Positions 9,508-18,784 of a stretch of DNA of 64,000 nt are shown one piece after another. The notes beneath the pieces were generated by a model, which worked only from the letters and a program-made list of their open reading frames with translations, searched no databases and was not told the DNA's origin. How positions within the stretch are numbered: the first letter of the stretch is position 1; each line of letters starts with the position of its first letter. The stretch is taken from NCBI GenBank assembly GCA_044869805.1, contig JBIOXV010000172.1:14715-78714 (forward strand), read 5' to 3'. Origin of the DNA: Thermoanaerobaculia bacterium. GTDB lineage: Bacteria > Acidobacteriota > Thermoanaerobaculia > Multivoradales > SZUA-115. The position numbers were made by a program, and so were the translations under genes.

Positions 9508-9735
9508 ATGGCCAAGCAATGCGAGATCTGCGGCAAGGGCACCACGTTCGGCCGCAAGATCAGTCACGCCCACAACGTCACCAACCGCAAGATGGAGCCC
9601 AACCTCCAGCGCGTGAAGGCCGTCGTCGACGGCGCCCCGCGCCACATCCGGGTCTGCACCCGCTGCCAGCGCAGCGGCGCCGTCAAGAAGCCGCTGGTGC
9701 GCACCTGGACGCCGGAAGCCTCTCCGGCGACCTAG
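9508..9735 (+). CDS. rpmB: 50S ribosomal protein L28
   Basis: MAKQCEICGKGTTFGRKISHAHNVTNRKMEPNLQRVK... matches the L28 family at about 75 aa. The real start is the internal ATG at 9508 within the longer track ORF. Confidence 0.85.
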   Translation: MAKQCEICGKGTTFGRKISHAHNVTNRKMEPNLQRVKAVVDGAPRHIRVCTRCQRSGAVKKPLVRTWTPEASPAT

Positions 9736-9785
9736 AGGCGCACAACGAAACCGTCGCGAGCGGTCGATGCAGCAGGTTTCGGCCG

Positions 9786-12014
9786 CTAGGGCAGGGCCTC
9801 GGCCGAGGCCGTCGCATTCTTCCCCATCCGGCGATCCACCCGCAGCACGCCGGGCACCGCCTGGATCCCCCGCCGCAGCTTCTCGAGGTGCTTGAGGTCG
9901 CGCAGCTCGACCACCACCTGGATCTCGCCGCGGCCGGTCTCCAGGGTGTCGGCATCGATCTGGGTGATGTTGGTGTCGAGCTTGGCGATGGCATCGGTGA
10001 GCTTGGCGAGGATGCCGGGCCGGTCCTCGGTCTCGATCACCAGGCTGATGCGGTAGCGCTCCTCGGCGCTTTTCGCCCAGTCCACCTCGATCTCGCGCTC
10101 CGGATTGAACAGCAGGTTCTTGACGTTCGGGCAGTCGACCGAGTGCACGGAGATGCCGTGGCCACGGGTGACGTAGCCGACGATGCCCTCGCCGGGAAGC
10201 GGGTTGCAGCACTTGGCGAGATAGGCCAGCACGTCGCCGTGGCCCTTGACCTCGATCGGCCCGCCTCGCTGCGGCAGGATGCGGCTGACCACGCGCTGGA
10301 AGCGGCTCTCCTTGGCCGGCGGCTCGGCGAGCTGCTCGGCGGGCAATAGGCGGGCCAGCACCTGGCGCGGCTGCATGCGGCCGAAGCCGATGCGACTGAA
10401 CAGGTCCTCGACCTTGGACAGGCCTTCCTCCACCAACAGCGCATCCAGCGCCGGGTTTTCGAGCAGCTTCTTGTAGCTCGCCCGGTAGCGGCGCGCCTCG
10501 CGCTCCAGCATGCGCTGCCCCAGCTCCATGGCGCGGTTCTTCTGCTGGGCGTTGAGCCACTGGCGGATCTTGGTCTTGGCGCGCGAGGTGGCGACCAGGT
10601 TCAGCCAGTCGCGGCTTGGGGCTCGGTTGGGGTTGGTGATCACCTCCACCATGTCGCCGTTGCCGAGCGGCGTGCGCAGCGGCACCAGCCGGCCGTTGAC
10701 CCGGGCGCCGGCGCAGTGGTGGCCGATGTCGGTGTGCACGCGGTAGGCGAAATCGAGCGGCGTGGCGCCGCGCGGGAACGACATCACGTCGCCCTTGGGA
10801 GTGAAGACGTAGACCTCCTCGGGGTAGAGGTCGACCTTGAGCGAGGTGAGGAAGGTGCGGGGGTCCTGCACCTCCTTCTGCCACTCGAGGAGCTGGCGCA
10901 GCCAGAGGATGTTGCGGTCGGTCGACTCGGGGCCCCTGCCTTCCTTGTAGCGCCAGTGCGCGGCGATGCCTTCCTCGGCCACCAGGTCCATCTCGCGGGT
11001 GCGGATCTGCACTTCGAAAGGCTGGCCGGTGTCGCTGACCACCGTGGTGTGCAGCGACTGGTAGAGGTTGGGCTTCGCCATCGCAATGTAGTCCTTGAAG
11101 CGGCCCGGCACCGGCCGCCAGCTCTGGTGCACCACCCCCAACGCCGCGTAGGTGTCGCGCAGGTTGGGGGTGACGACGCGGAACGCCAGGTAGTCGTAGA
11201 GCTGCGAGATGTCGATCCCCTGGCGTAGCAGCTTGCGGTAGATCGAGTAGTAGCGCTTGACCCGCGAGCTGATCTCGGCCTCGATCCCGGCCTCCTCGAG
11301 CGCCGTCACCAGCCGCCGCCGCAGGCGCTCGATGGCATCGTGGCTGACCTTCATCTTCTCCTTGATCTTGGAGTGCAGCTCGGCGAACTGGTGCGGGTAG
11401 AGGTAGTAGAAGGCGAGGTCCTCGAGGTCGCCCTGCACCCGCGCCATCCCCAAGCGGTGGGCGATGGGGGCGTAGATCTCGAGCGTCTCGCGCGAGATGC
11501 GCCGCCGCTTCTCGGGCGGCAGGTGCTCGAGGGTGAGCAGGTTGTGCAGCCGGTCGGCGAGCTTGATGACGATCACCCGCAGGTCCTTGGCCGAGGCCAG
11601 GATCATCTTGCGGAAGGTCTCGGCCTGCACCTCGTCGCGCCGCACGTAGGCGTGGCGGCCGATCTTGGTCACCCCGTCGACCAGCTCGGCGATCTCCTCG
11701 CCGAAGCGCTCGCGGACCACCTCGCGGGTGGTGAGCGTGTCCTCCAGCACGTCGTGCAGCAGGCCGACGGCGACGCAGGTCTCGTCGAACTTGAGGTCGG
11801 CGAGCAGGTAGGCGACGGAGAGCGGGTGGGTGAAGAACGGCTCGCCGGAGCGGCGGAGCTGGTCCTTGTGCATCGCCTCCGAGAACTCGTAGACGGCGCG
11901 CAGGGCCTGGTGGTCGAACGGCCGCCCTTGGGCCTCCAACCGCTCGAGGACGTCCTCGAAGCGCACCCGCCCCCGCGCCTTGACGGGCGGGGGCGGCAGG
12001 TGATCCGTCTTCAC
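9786..12014 (-). CDS. relA: Bifunctional (p)ppGpp synthetase/hydrolase of the RelA/SpoT family
   Basis: 742 aa with an HD hydrolase domain (HDVLEDT), a RelA_SpoT synthetase domain, and TGS and ACT regions at the C-terminus. Confidence 0.9.
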   Translation of the reverse strand: MKTDHLPPPPVKARGRVRFEDVLERLEAQGRPFDHQALRAVYEFSEAMHKDQLRRSGEPFFTHPLSVAYLLADLKFDETCVAVGLLHDVLEDTLTTREVVRERFGEEIAELVDGVTKIGRHAYVRRDEVQAETFRKMILASAKDLRVIVIKLADRLHNLLTLEHLPPEKRRRISRETLEIYAPIAHRLGMARVQGDLEDLAFYYLYPHQFAELHSKIKEKMKVSHDAIERLRRRLVTALEEAGIEAEISSRVKRYYSIYRKLLRQGIDISQLYDYLAFRVVTPNLRDTYAALGVVHQSWRPVPGRFKDYIAMAKPNLYQSLHTTVVSDTGQPFEVQIRTREMDLVAEEGIAAHWRYKEGRGPESTDRNILWLRQLLEWQKEVQDPRTFLTSLKVDLYPEEVYVFTPKGDVMSFPRGATPLDFAYRVHTDIGHHCAGARVNGRLVPLRTPLGNGDMVEVITNPNRAPSRDWLNLVATSRAKTKIRQWLNAQQKNRAMELGQRMLEREARRYRASYKKLLENPALDALLVEEGLSKVEDLFSRIGFGRMQPRQVLARLLPAEQLAEPPAKESRFQRVVSRILPQRGGPIEVKGHGDVLAYLAKCCNPLPGEGIVGYVTRGHGISVHSVDCPNVKNLLFNPEREIEVDWAKSAEERYRISLVIETEDRPGILAKLTDAIAKLDTNITQIDADTLETGRGEIQVVVELRDLKHLEKLRRGIQAVPGVLRVDRRMGKNATASAEALP

Positions 12015-12037
12015 ATTCGGGAATTATAAGGGCGGCG

Positions 12038-14575
12038 TCAGGCCCGCTTGGCCGCGGCCCGCTCGTCGGTACGCAGCGCGCGCGCCTCGCGGCCGAAGAA
12101 TTTCTCCCACAGCAGAGCGAAGGGGCTCGCGATGTAGATCGAGGAGTAGGTGCCGACGATCACGCCGACGAAGAGGATGAAGGCGAAGCCGCGCAGCACC
12201 TCGCCGCCCCACAGCATCAGCGCCAGGCAGGCGGTCATGGTGGTGCCGCCGGTGAGGATGGTCCGTGACAGCGTTTGGTTGAGGCTCAGGTTCATGGTGT
12301 CGACGAGCGGCGTGCGGCGCGAGCGCCGCATGTTCTCGCGCACGCGGTCGAACACCACCACCGTGTCGTTGACCGAGTAGCCGACCAGGGTGAGGAAGGC
12401 GGCGATGGTCGTCAGGTTGAACTCGAAGCCGAAGATGGCGAACAGGCCCACCGTCACCAGCACGTCGTGGACGGCCGCCATCAGGGCACCGACCCCGAAG
12501 CGCAGCTCGAAGCGGATCCAGATGTAGACCAGCATCCCGAGCAGCGAGGAGATCACCGCCAGGATACCCTTGCGGCGCAGCTCCGAGCCCACCTGCGGGC
12601 CCACGTTCTCGGTGGACCGCACCTCGAAGTCCGGGTGCTTGGCCTGCAAGGCCGCGACCAGCTCCTTGGCGCTTCCCTCCTCGCTTCCGGGGCGGGTGGG
12701 GGTGCGGATCAGGACCTCGTTCTCCTCCACCCGACCGATGCGCTGGATCTGGGCGTCGCCGAAGCCGGCCTGGCCCAGGACCGAGCGCAGCTCGTCGACC
12801 TGCGGCTGGCTCGGGAAGCGCAGCGTGAGCTGGGTGCCACCCGTGAAGTCGATGCCGAAGTTGAGCTTGCTGGCGCCGAAGATGGCCACCATACCGATGG
12901 CGATGACCACGAAGGAGATCACCACCCAGAACTTGCGGTAGCGCATGAAGTTGAAGTTGGTGGCCGGGAACCGCAGGCCCCAGATCGCCATCTTGCCCTC
13001 GCCCTTCTCGCGCCAGCGGGCCAGGGCGTCGAACAGCCAGCGGCTGAAGAAGACACCGGCGAAGAGCGTGGCCAGGATGCCGAGCGACAGCGTCACCGCG
13101 AAGCCCTTGACCGGCCCGGTGCCGAAGCTGAACAGGAAGAGGGCCGCCACCAGGGTGGTGATGTTGGAGTCCACGATCGAGGACAGCGCCTTGGTGAACC
13201 CGGCATCGATCGACGAGCGCACCGTGCGCCCGGCCTTGAGCTCCTCGCGAATGCGCTCGAAGACCAGCACGTTGGCGTCGAAGGCCATGCCGATGGTGAG
13301 CACGATGCCGGCGATGCCGGGCAGCGTGAGCACGGCGCCGGTGCTCCCCAGAGCGCCAAACAGGAGAACGACGTTGAGCGCCAGCGCCGCCACCGCGTTG
13401 AAGCCGGTCAGCGAGTAGACGGCGAACATGGCGACAATGGTCAGCACGGTGGCGATCACGCCGGCCTCGAGGCCGCGGCGGACGGAGTCGGCGCCCAGCG
13501 AGGCGCCCACGGTGCGCTCCTCTAGATACTGGATGCCGGCCGGCAAGGCTCCGGAGCGCAGCGTGGTCACCAGGTCCTCGACCTCTTGCAGGGTGCGGAT
13601 GCCGGTGATCTGCCCGCGGTCGCTGATCCGCTCCTGAATGGTCGCCACGCTGCGCACCTTGCCATCCAGGATCACGGCCAGCTTGCGGCCCTTGCTCTCG
13701 TTGGTGACCTTGCTGAAGATCCGCGCCCCGTCCTGCGACAGCTCGAAGTGCACGGCCGGGCGCTGGTACTCGTCGGTGCCCACGCGGGCGGTGCGCAGGT
13801 CGCGGCCGGTGATCACCTGGCGCCTCTCCAGCGCCCAGAACCGCTCGTCAACCTGCTTGTCCTGGCTGTCGAAGACCGGCTCCGGAAGCACCTCCACGTT
13901 CTCCGGAGTCGTGCCTCCGAAGAGCGCCGCCAGGGCCTCGCGGCTGGGGGCCGGGTTGCCGCCGCCGGCGGCATCGACCAGCCGGAGCTCGAGGAAGGCC
14001 GTGCTCTTGATCAGGTTCTTGACGCGCTCGGGGTCCTCGACCCCGGGAAGCTGGACGATGATGCGCTCGCTGCCCGGCTGGCGGGCGATCTGGTGCTCGG
14101 CGACGCCGAAGGCATCGACGCGGTTGTTGATGGTCTGTAACGCCTGCTCGACCGCCTGGTTCTTGATCTCCACCCGATTGGCGTCGGTCATCGTGAAGAC
14201 CAGCTTGTCGCCGCGGCGGCTCCTCTCCCAACGCGGGCTGTTGCCGGGCCCGTACTTGAAGAAGTCGTCGTAGATCTCCTCGATCACCGGGTCGCGGTCG
14301 GGGGGCACGCCGGCCGCCTCGAAGCTGGTGTCGCCGATCCGGCGCACCGTGATGCCGGTGACTCCCTTGTTCACCGCCTCGCGGCGCAGCAGCTCCATGT
14401 CCTTCTCGGTCTCGGCGCGCAGCGCGTCCTCGGACTTCACCTGCAGCACCAGGTGCATGCCGCCCTGGAGGTCGAGGCCGCGCTTGATCTTTTCCTTGGG
14501 CGGCAGGGAGTAGAGCAGTGCCACGGCCGTGATGGCCGCGATCAGCGCTCCCCGCCAGACGAGGCTCTTGTTCAT
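12038..14575 (-). CDS. secDF: Protein translocase subunit SecDF (fused SecD-SecF)
   Basis: 845 aa. SecD periplasmic and transmembrane regions are followed by a SecF-like half (FMRYRKFWVVISFVVIAIGM...). Confidence 0.9.
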   Translation of the reverse strand: MNKSLVWRGALIAAITAVALLYSLPPKEKIKRGLDLQGGMHLVLQVKSEDALRAETEKDMELLRREAVNKGVTGITVRRIGDTSFEAAGVPPDRDPVIEEIYDDFFKYGPGNSPRWERSRRGDKLVFTMTDANRVEIKNQAVEQALQTINNRVDAFGVAEHQIARQPGSERIIVQLPGVEDPERVKNLIKSTAFLELRLVDAAGGGNPAPSREALAALFGGTTPENVEVLPEPVFDSQDKQVDERFWALERRQVITGRDLRTARVGTDEYQRPAVHFELSQDGARIFSKVTNESKGRKLAVILDGKVRSVATIQERISDRGQITGIRTLQEVEDLVTTLRSGALPAGIQYLEERTVGASLGADSVRRGLEAGVIATVLTIVAMFAVYSLTGFNAVAALALNVVLLFGALGSTGAVLTLPGIAGIVLTIGMAFDANVLVFERIREELKAGRTVRSSIDAGFTKALSSIVDSNITTLVAALFLFSFGTGPVKGFAVTLSLGILATLFAGVFFSRWLFDALARWREKGEGKMAIWGLRFPATNFNFMRYRKFWVVISFVVIAIGMVAIFGASKLNFGIDFTGGTQLTLRFPSQPQVDELRSVLGQAGFGDAQIQRIGRVEENEVLIRTPTRPGSEEGSAKELVAALQAKHPDFEVRSTENVGPQVGSELRRKGILAVISSLLGMLVYIWIRFELRFGVGALMAAVHDVLVTVGLFAIFGFEFNLTTIAAFLTLVGYSVNDTVVVFDRVRENMRRSRRTPLVDTMNLSLNQTLSRTILTGGTTMTACLALMLWGGEVLRGFAFILFVGVIVGTYSSIYIASPFALLWEKFFGREARALRTDERAAAKRA

Positions 14576-14589
14576 GATGGGATGCCTTT

Positions 14590-14946
14590 CTACACGCTGA
14601 GCTTGTCGGCGTCCTTCTCGGCGCTGGCCTCGAGGCCGGAGACCGCCGCCTTGGACACCCGCACCCTGACGTTGTCGGCGATCTTCAGCAGCACCACCGG
14701 GCCGTCGACGCTCACCACCTCGCCGTAGAGGCCGCCGTTGGTGACCACCTTGTCGCCCTTCTTCAGGGCCTCGATCAGCCGCTGCAGGTCCTGCTGGCGC
14801 TTGCGCGCCGGCCGCAGCAGAAGGAAGTAGAAGATGAGGAAGATGACCAGAATGGGGGCCAGCGAGACCAGGAACTCGCCCGTCGAGGGCTGCGCCTGCG
14901 CCACCACCGGGATCGAGGCTCGGAAGATCGCGGAAAAGTCGATCAC
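14590..14946 (-). CDS. yajC: Preprotein translocase subunit YajC
   Basis: 118 aa with a single TM helix and a YajC-like C-terminus (KKGDKVVTNGGLYGEVVSVDG). It sits in the conserved tgt-yajC-secDF order. Confidence 0.85.
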   Translation of the reverse strand: MIDFSAIFRASIPVVAQAQPSTGEFLVSLAPILVIFLIFYFLLLRPARKRQQDLQRLIEALKKGDKVVTNGGLYGEVVSVDGPVVLLKIADNVRVRVSKAAVSGLEASAEKDADKLSV

Positions 14947-15058
14947 GTGCAGGCTCCTAGTGAATGTGCCGGGGCAGGGCGATCACTCTCTGGTGACGGC
15001 GAAACCCCGACAAAGGACGCGGTCTCGCCGGAGGTCCTTCTCGCGGCAGGTCCTTTGG

Positions 15059-16156
15059 TCAGGGAGTTCTCAAGGCGGGCGCCGCCAGATCGCTTAAGCG
15101 TCCAGACCGGATAGCGTGCCTGAGATCCGCCATGAAGTCAAGGTAATGGTGGAGGTTGTGGACCGTGGCGAGCACCGCTCCGGTGAGCTCGCCGGAGCGC
15201 ACCAGATGGTGCAGGAAAGCGCGGGAGACGCGCCGGCAAACCGGGCAGCCGCAGGCCGGGTCCGGCGGCGCCGGATCGGCCGCGTGGCGGGCGTTCTTGA
15301 TCTTGAGCAGCCCCGAGCGGGTGAACAGCACGCCGTGGCGTGCGTTCCTCGCCGGCAGCACGCAGTCGAAGAGGTCCACTCCCTGGCGCACGGCGTGGAG
15401 GATGTCGTCGGGGTAGCCGACGCCCATCAGGTAGCGGGGCCGCTCGGCGGGCAGCAGCGGCGCCGTCCACTCGACGGCACTGCGGCGATCGATCTCGCCC
15501 TCGCCCACCGAGACGCCGCCGATGGCGTAGCCGTCGAATTCGAGCTCGGAGAGCTCCGCCGCGGCGCGCTCGCGGAGCTCACGGAAGACGCTCCCCTGGA
15601 CGATGCCGAAGAGCCCGCCCGGCGCGCCCGGCCAGGCCTCGCGGGCGCACCGCGCCCAGGCGAGGGTGCGGGCCCAGGAGGCGGCCGCCTCTGCCGCGCT
15701 GACCGGAAAGGGCGGGCACTCGTCGAGCACCATGGCGACGTCCACCCCCAGGCGGAGCTGGGACTGGACCACGCTCTCGGGGGTGAAGCGCAGCGGGCTG
15801 CCGTCGAGGTGGCTGCGGAAGGTCACCCCGCCGTCGTCGACCCGCCGCAGGCCGGCGAGGCTCCACACCTGGAAGCCGCCGCTGTCGGTCAAGATCGGGC
15901 GCTGCCAGCCGGCGAAGCTGTGCAGGCCGCCGAGGCTCTCGATGAGCTCGATGCCGGGGCGCAGCGACAGGTGATAGAGGTTGGCGAGCAGGATCTGCGC
16001 GCCCGCCTGCTCCAGAGCATCGGGCGAGATCCCCTTGACCGCGCCCAGCGTGGCGACCGGCATGAAGGCCGGGGTTTCGACCACGCCGTGCGGAGTCAGG
16101 AGGCGGCCGGCGCGCGCCAGGCCGTCGACCGTGAGGACCTCGAAGCGCAGGGTCAC
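15059..16156 (-). CDS. tgt: Queuine tRNA-ribosyltransferase (tRNA-guanine transglycosylase)
   Basis: 365 aa; TPAFMPVATLGAVKG, the Zn site CGCPVC and the LVRSGE C-terminus are characteristic. Confidence 0.9.
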   Translation of the reverse strand: MTLRFEVLTVDGLARAGRLLTPHGVVETPAFMPVATLGAVKGISPDALEQAGAQILLANLYHLSLRPGIELIESLGGLHSFAGWQRPILTDSGGFQVWSLAGLRRVDDGGVTFRSHLDGSPLRFTPESVVQSQLRLGVDVAMVLDECPPFPVSAAEAAASWARTLAWARCAREAWPGAPGGLFGIVQGSVFRELRERAAAELSELEFDGYAIGGVSVGEGEIDRRSAVEWTAPLLPAERPRYLMGVGYPDDILHAVRQGVDLFDCVLPARNARHGVLFTRSGLLKIKNARHAADPAPPDPACGCPVCRRVSRAFLHHLVRSGELTGAVLATVHNLHHYLDFMADLRHAIRSGRLSDLAAPALRTP

Positions 16157-16181
16157 GATTCAGGCGCGTGCGGCGCTGGGG

Positions 16182-16919
16182 CTACGACGCTCGATCCAGA
16201 TCCACCACCCTGACCTCGACCCCCGGCGGCAGCTTGAGCTCGAAGCGGTCCGGCGGCAGGTCGGCGTTGACCTCGAGGTTCTCGAAGAAGTACTCGGTGA
16301 CCGCGCCGTCTCCGGACTCGTACTTGAGGTGCGTGGGGATGTAGCGCACCGGGTCGATCCACAGGGTGAGCGACTTCAGCCGCTTGGCGACCCGCGCGTA
16401 GCGCGGCGTCATCTCCAGCCGGTACGGGGTCTTGGCGTCCCCGGGAAAAGCGGCGCGCACGTCGAAGTACTCGAGCAGCGTGTCGAGCGAGCCGGTCGCC
16501 CCCAGGTACTTGAGCACCCGCTCGGAGTAACGGCCGATCCGCATCTCGTCGGCGCGCGCCAGGTCGCGGTACCAGGTGGTCATGGTCTTGCCGTGGATCA
16601 GCATGCTGATCGGCCGCGGGCTCTCGTACTCCCAGCGCACGCGGTCGGGCGCGGCGTAGGAGAAGACGCCGCGTGACTCTTCGGGAGCGACCAGGAACTC
16701 GCTCTCCTGCTTCTGGACGAAGCGCGCCTCGAGGGTCTTGACCTTGCCCTGCTCGAGCTTGACACGCTCGACCAGCGCGTCGAGCCGCTCGGTCGCCGAG
16801 AGGCTGGGGTCGCGGGGATCGGGCGGCGCGGCTGGGCCCGGGACGGCGAGCGCCACCGGGGATGCGAGGGCGAGGGCCGCCACCGCGGCAAGGGTCTGCT
16901 CGAGGAACGGGATTCGCAT
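16182..16919 (-). CDS. lolA: LolA-like outer-membrane lipoprotein carrier protein
   Basis: The real gene is the C-terminal 245 aa of the 606-aa track ORF, which has an Arg/Gly-rich spurious N-terminal extension. The start MRIPFLEQ is followed by a signal peptide and a LolA-like fold (LEARFVQKQESEFL). Confidence 0.65.
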   Translation of the reverse strand: MRIPFLEQTLAAVAALALASPVALAVPGPAAPPDPRDPSLSATERLDALVERVKLEQGKVKTLEARFVQKQESEFLVAPEESRGVFSYAAPDRVRWEYESPRPISMLIHGKTMTTWYRDLARADEMRIGRYSERVLKYLGATGSLDTLLEYFDVRAAFPGDAKTPYRLEMTPRYARVAKRLKSLTLWIDPVRYIPTHLKYESGDGAVTEYFFENLEVNADLPPDRFELKLPPGVEVRVVDLDRAS

Positions 16920-17014
16920 AGTCGCGCTAGACAGCACAGCCCGTGCCAGGTGGGCAGCGGGCAAACTCACGAATCGTAGCATGCGCCCAGCCGGTGCCGG
17001 GCGATCCGCCGCCC

Positions 17015-17797
17015 TCAGAAGCCGAAGCCGTCGGCGGCGAGATCCTGCGCAATCGCCTGCAGCAGGGCCTCGCGCCGGTGGTTGATGTAGAAGTGGTCGC
17101 CGGGGAACATGCGCAGGCTGAAGGGACTGCTGCTGTAGACCCGCCAGGCTTCGAGGTGGGCGCGGGAGATCTCGGGGTCGGCGAGACCGCCCCAGGCCGA
17201 GAGCGGGAAGGCCAGGGGCGCCTCCGGCGCCACTTGGTAGGACTCGACCATCTCGAAGTCGGCGCGCAAGGTGGGCAGCAACATCTTCATCAGCTCGGGG
17301 TGTTGCAGGGCCTCCTCGGGCGTGCCGTTGAGCTCGCGCAGGCGGGCGAGGAACTCCTCCTCCGGCAGGCCGGTCATCGGTTCCTTGTCGTCCGGCAGGT
17401 GGGGAGCGCGGCGCGCCGAGGCGAACAGGCGCCGCGGCTGCGGCCCGCCCTCGCGGCGCAGCCAGCGCGCCAGCTCGAAGGCGACGAGCGCTCCCAACGA
17501 GTGACCGAAGAGGGCGAAGGGCCGGTCGAGGAGCGGCAAGAGCGCCGGCCCGGCGCCGGCCACCGCCTCGGCGACGCTCTCGCAGGGTGCCTCGCGGAAG
17601 CGGCTCGCCCTGCCCGGCAGCTCGACGGCGAAGACCTCGATGCCGGCGGGAAGCAGCTCCGACCACCCGCGGTAGATGCCGGAGGCGCCGCCGGCATAGG
17701 GAAAGCAGAACAGCCGCCAACGCGCCTCCGCGGTGGCGTGGCCTGCCGACTTGGGAGGCAGCGGGACGATCCAGGGACTGCGGCTGCTCGAGGGCAT
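17015..17797 (-). CDS. Stand-alone type II thioesterase (alpha/beta hydrolase, GrsT/TE-II-like)
   Basis: FCFPYAGGASGIYRGW, the GHSLGALVAFELA nucleophile elbow and a length of about 260 aa fit the family. The start was moved to the internal ATG at 17795-17797. Confidence 0.7.
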   Translation of the reverse strand: MPSSSRSPWIVPLPPKSAGHATAEARWRLFCFPYAGGASGIYRGWSELLPAGIEVFAVELPGRASRFREAPCESVAEAVAGAGPALLPLLDRPFALFGHSLGALVAFELARWLRREGGPQPRRLFASARRAPHLPDDKEPMTGLPEEEFLARLRELNGTPEEALQHPELMKMLLPTLRADFEMVESYQVAPEAPLAFPLSAWGGLADPEISRAHLEAWRVYSSSPFSLRMFPGDHFYINHRREALLQAIAQDLAADGFGF

Positions 17798-17955
17798 GGC
17801 GGGTTGCGGGACGCGCCGGAGTTTTAACCGAAACGCGCCGCGGGCGCCAGCGGCCGCCACCACCACCGCGGACGTTGACAGTGCCGGGGGTGGGTGCTAG
17901 CTTGCCGCCCTTCGGCCGGCGCGGCGGACGCGGCGAGCTTGTGGAGCTCTTGGAC

Positions 17956-18258
17956 ATGCCTGATCTGGGATCGAAGCACGAGTGCCCCAACTGCGGGATC
18001 AAGTTCTACGACCTCGGCAAGCCCGAGCCGATCTGCCCCAAGTGCGGCGCCAACGTCAAGCACCTCGCTCCCAGCGAGCCTGCGAGCGCCTCGCAAGCGG
18101 CCCGCCGCCGCCGCAAGGCGGAGCTCGCCGCCGAGGATGAGGTCACCGAGGCGGAGGATGCGCCGGGTGCCGACGCCGGCGAGCCCATCCTCGACGCCGA
18201 CGAAGACGAGGAGATCGCCGGCGAGGAGGAAGCCGATCTCGTCGACCTCGAGGACTGA
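17956..18258 (+). CDS. FYDLN_acid family protein (TIGR02300-type): zinc-ribbon followed by a poly-acidic tail
   Basis: MPDLGSKHECPNCGIKFYDLGKPEPICPKCG contains two CxxC pairs. The C-terminal half is Asp/Glu-rich. The real start is the internal ATG at 17956; the upstream part of the track ORF is spurious. Confidence 0.7.
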   Translation: MPDLGSKHECPNCGIKFYDLGKPEPICPKCGANVKHLAPSEPASASQAARRRRKAELAAEDEVTEAEDAPGADAGEPILDADEDEEIAGEEEADLVDLED

Positions 18259-18268
18259 CGCCGGGCGG

Positions 18269-18784
18269 GTGCCTTTCGCGCTCGGCCTGGGCGCCAACCT
18301 CGGACCTGCCGAACAGACTCTGCGCCACGCCATCCATTGCCTGGAGCGGGCGCTGGGGCCGCTCACCGTCGGCGGCCTGTACCGCACCCTCCCCCACTCT
18401 TCCATCCCGCAGCCGCCGTTCCTCAACACCGCCGTCGCCGGCGCCACGCGCTTGGCGCCCGAGGAGATCCTCGCCTTGGGCCAGGAGCTCGAGCGCCAGG
18501 CCGGCCGCCTGCCGGGCCCGCGCCACGGGCCGCGCCCGCTCGACGTGGACCTCCTGGTCTACGGCGATCGGGTGCTCGCGGGCCCGCACCTCAACGTTCC
18601 CCATCCGCGCCTGCGCCAACGGCGCTTCGTGCTCGCGCCGCTGGCCGACGCGGCGCCCGAGCTCGCGGTGCCGCCCGACGGCGCGCGGGTGGTGGAGCTG
18701 CTGGCCGCGGTCGGGCAGGAGCGGGAAGTGGAGCGCCTGCCGTGGGCTATCATGCCCGTGCCCGACTCGGACCGGCCGCCGTGA
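18269..18784 (+). CDS. folK: 2-amino-4-hydroxy-6-hydroxymethyldihydropteridine pyrophosphokinase (HPPK)
   Basis: GANLGP, LYRT, PQPPFLNTAV, LDVDLLVYGD and PHPRLRQRRFVLAPL are HPPK signatures. A GTG start at 18269 is inferred because no in-frame ATG precedes the conserved N-terminus. Confidence 0.8.
   Translation: MPFALGLGANLGPAEQTLRHAIHCLERALGPLTVGGLYRTLPHSSIPQPPFLNTAVAGATRLAPEEILALGQELERQAGRLPGPRHGPRPLDVDLLVYGDRVLAGPHLNVPHPRLRQRRFVLAPLADAAPELAVPPDGARVVELLAAVGQEREVERLPWAIMPVPDSDRPP

Noticed and set aside
17015-17866. Possibility that the thioesterase marks an NRPS/PKS biosynthetic cluster.
   Set aside because: There are no condensation, adenylation, KS or AT domains anywhere in the window, and the neighbours are housekeeping genes.
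16920-18002. N-terminal 361 aa of the 606-aa track ORF containing LolA.
   Set aside because: The extension is Arg/Gly-rich with no signal peptide or domain. The LolA-like domain begins with its own ATG and signal peptide at 16919. The region also overlaps the credible thioesterase gene in another frame.
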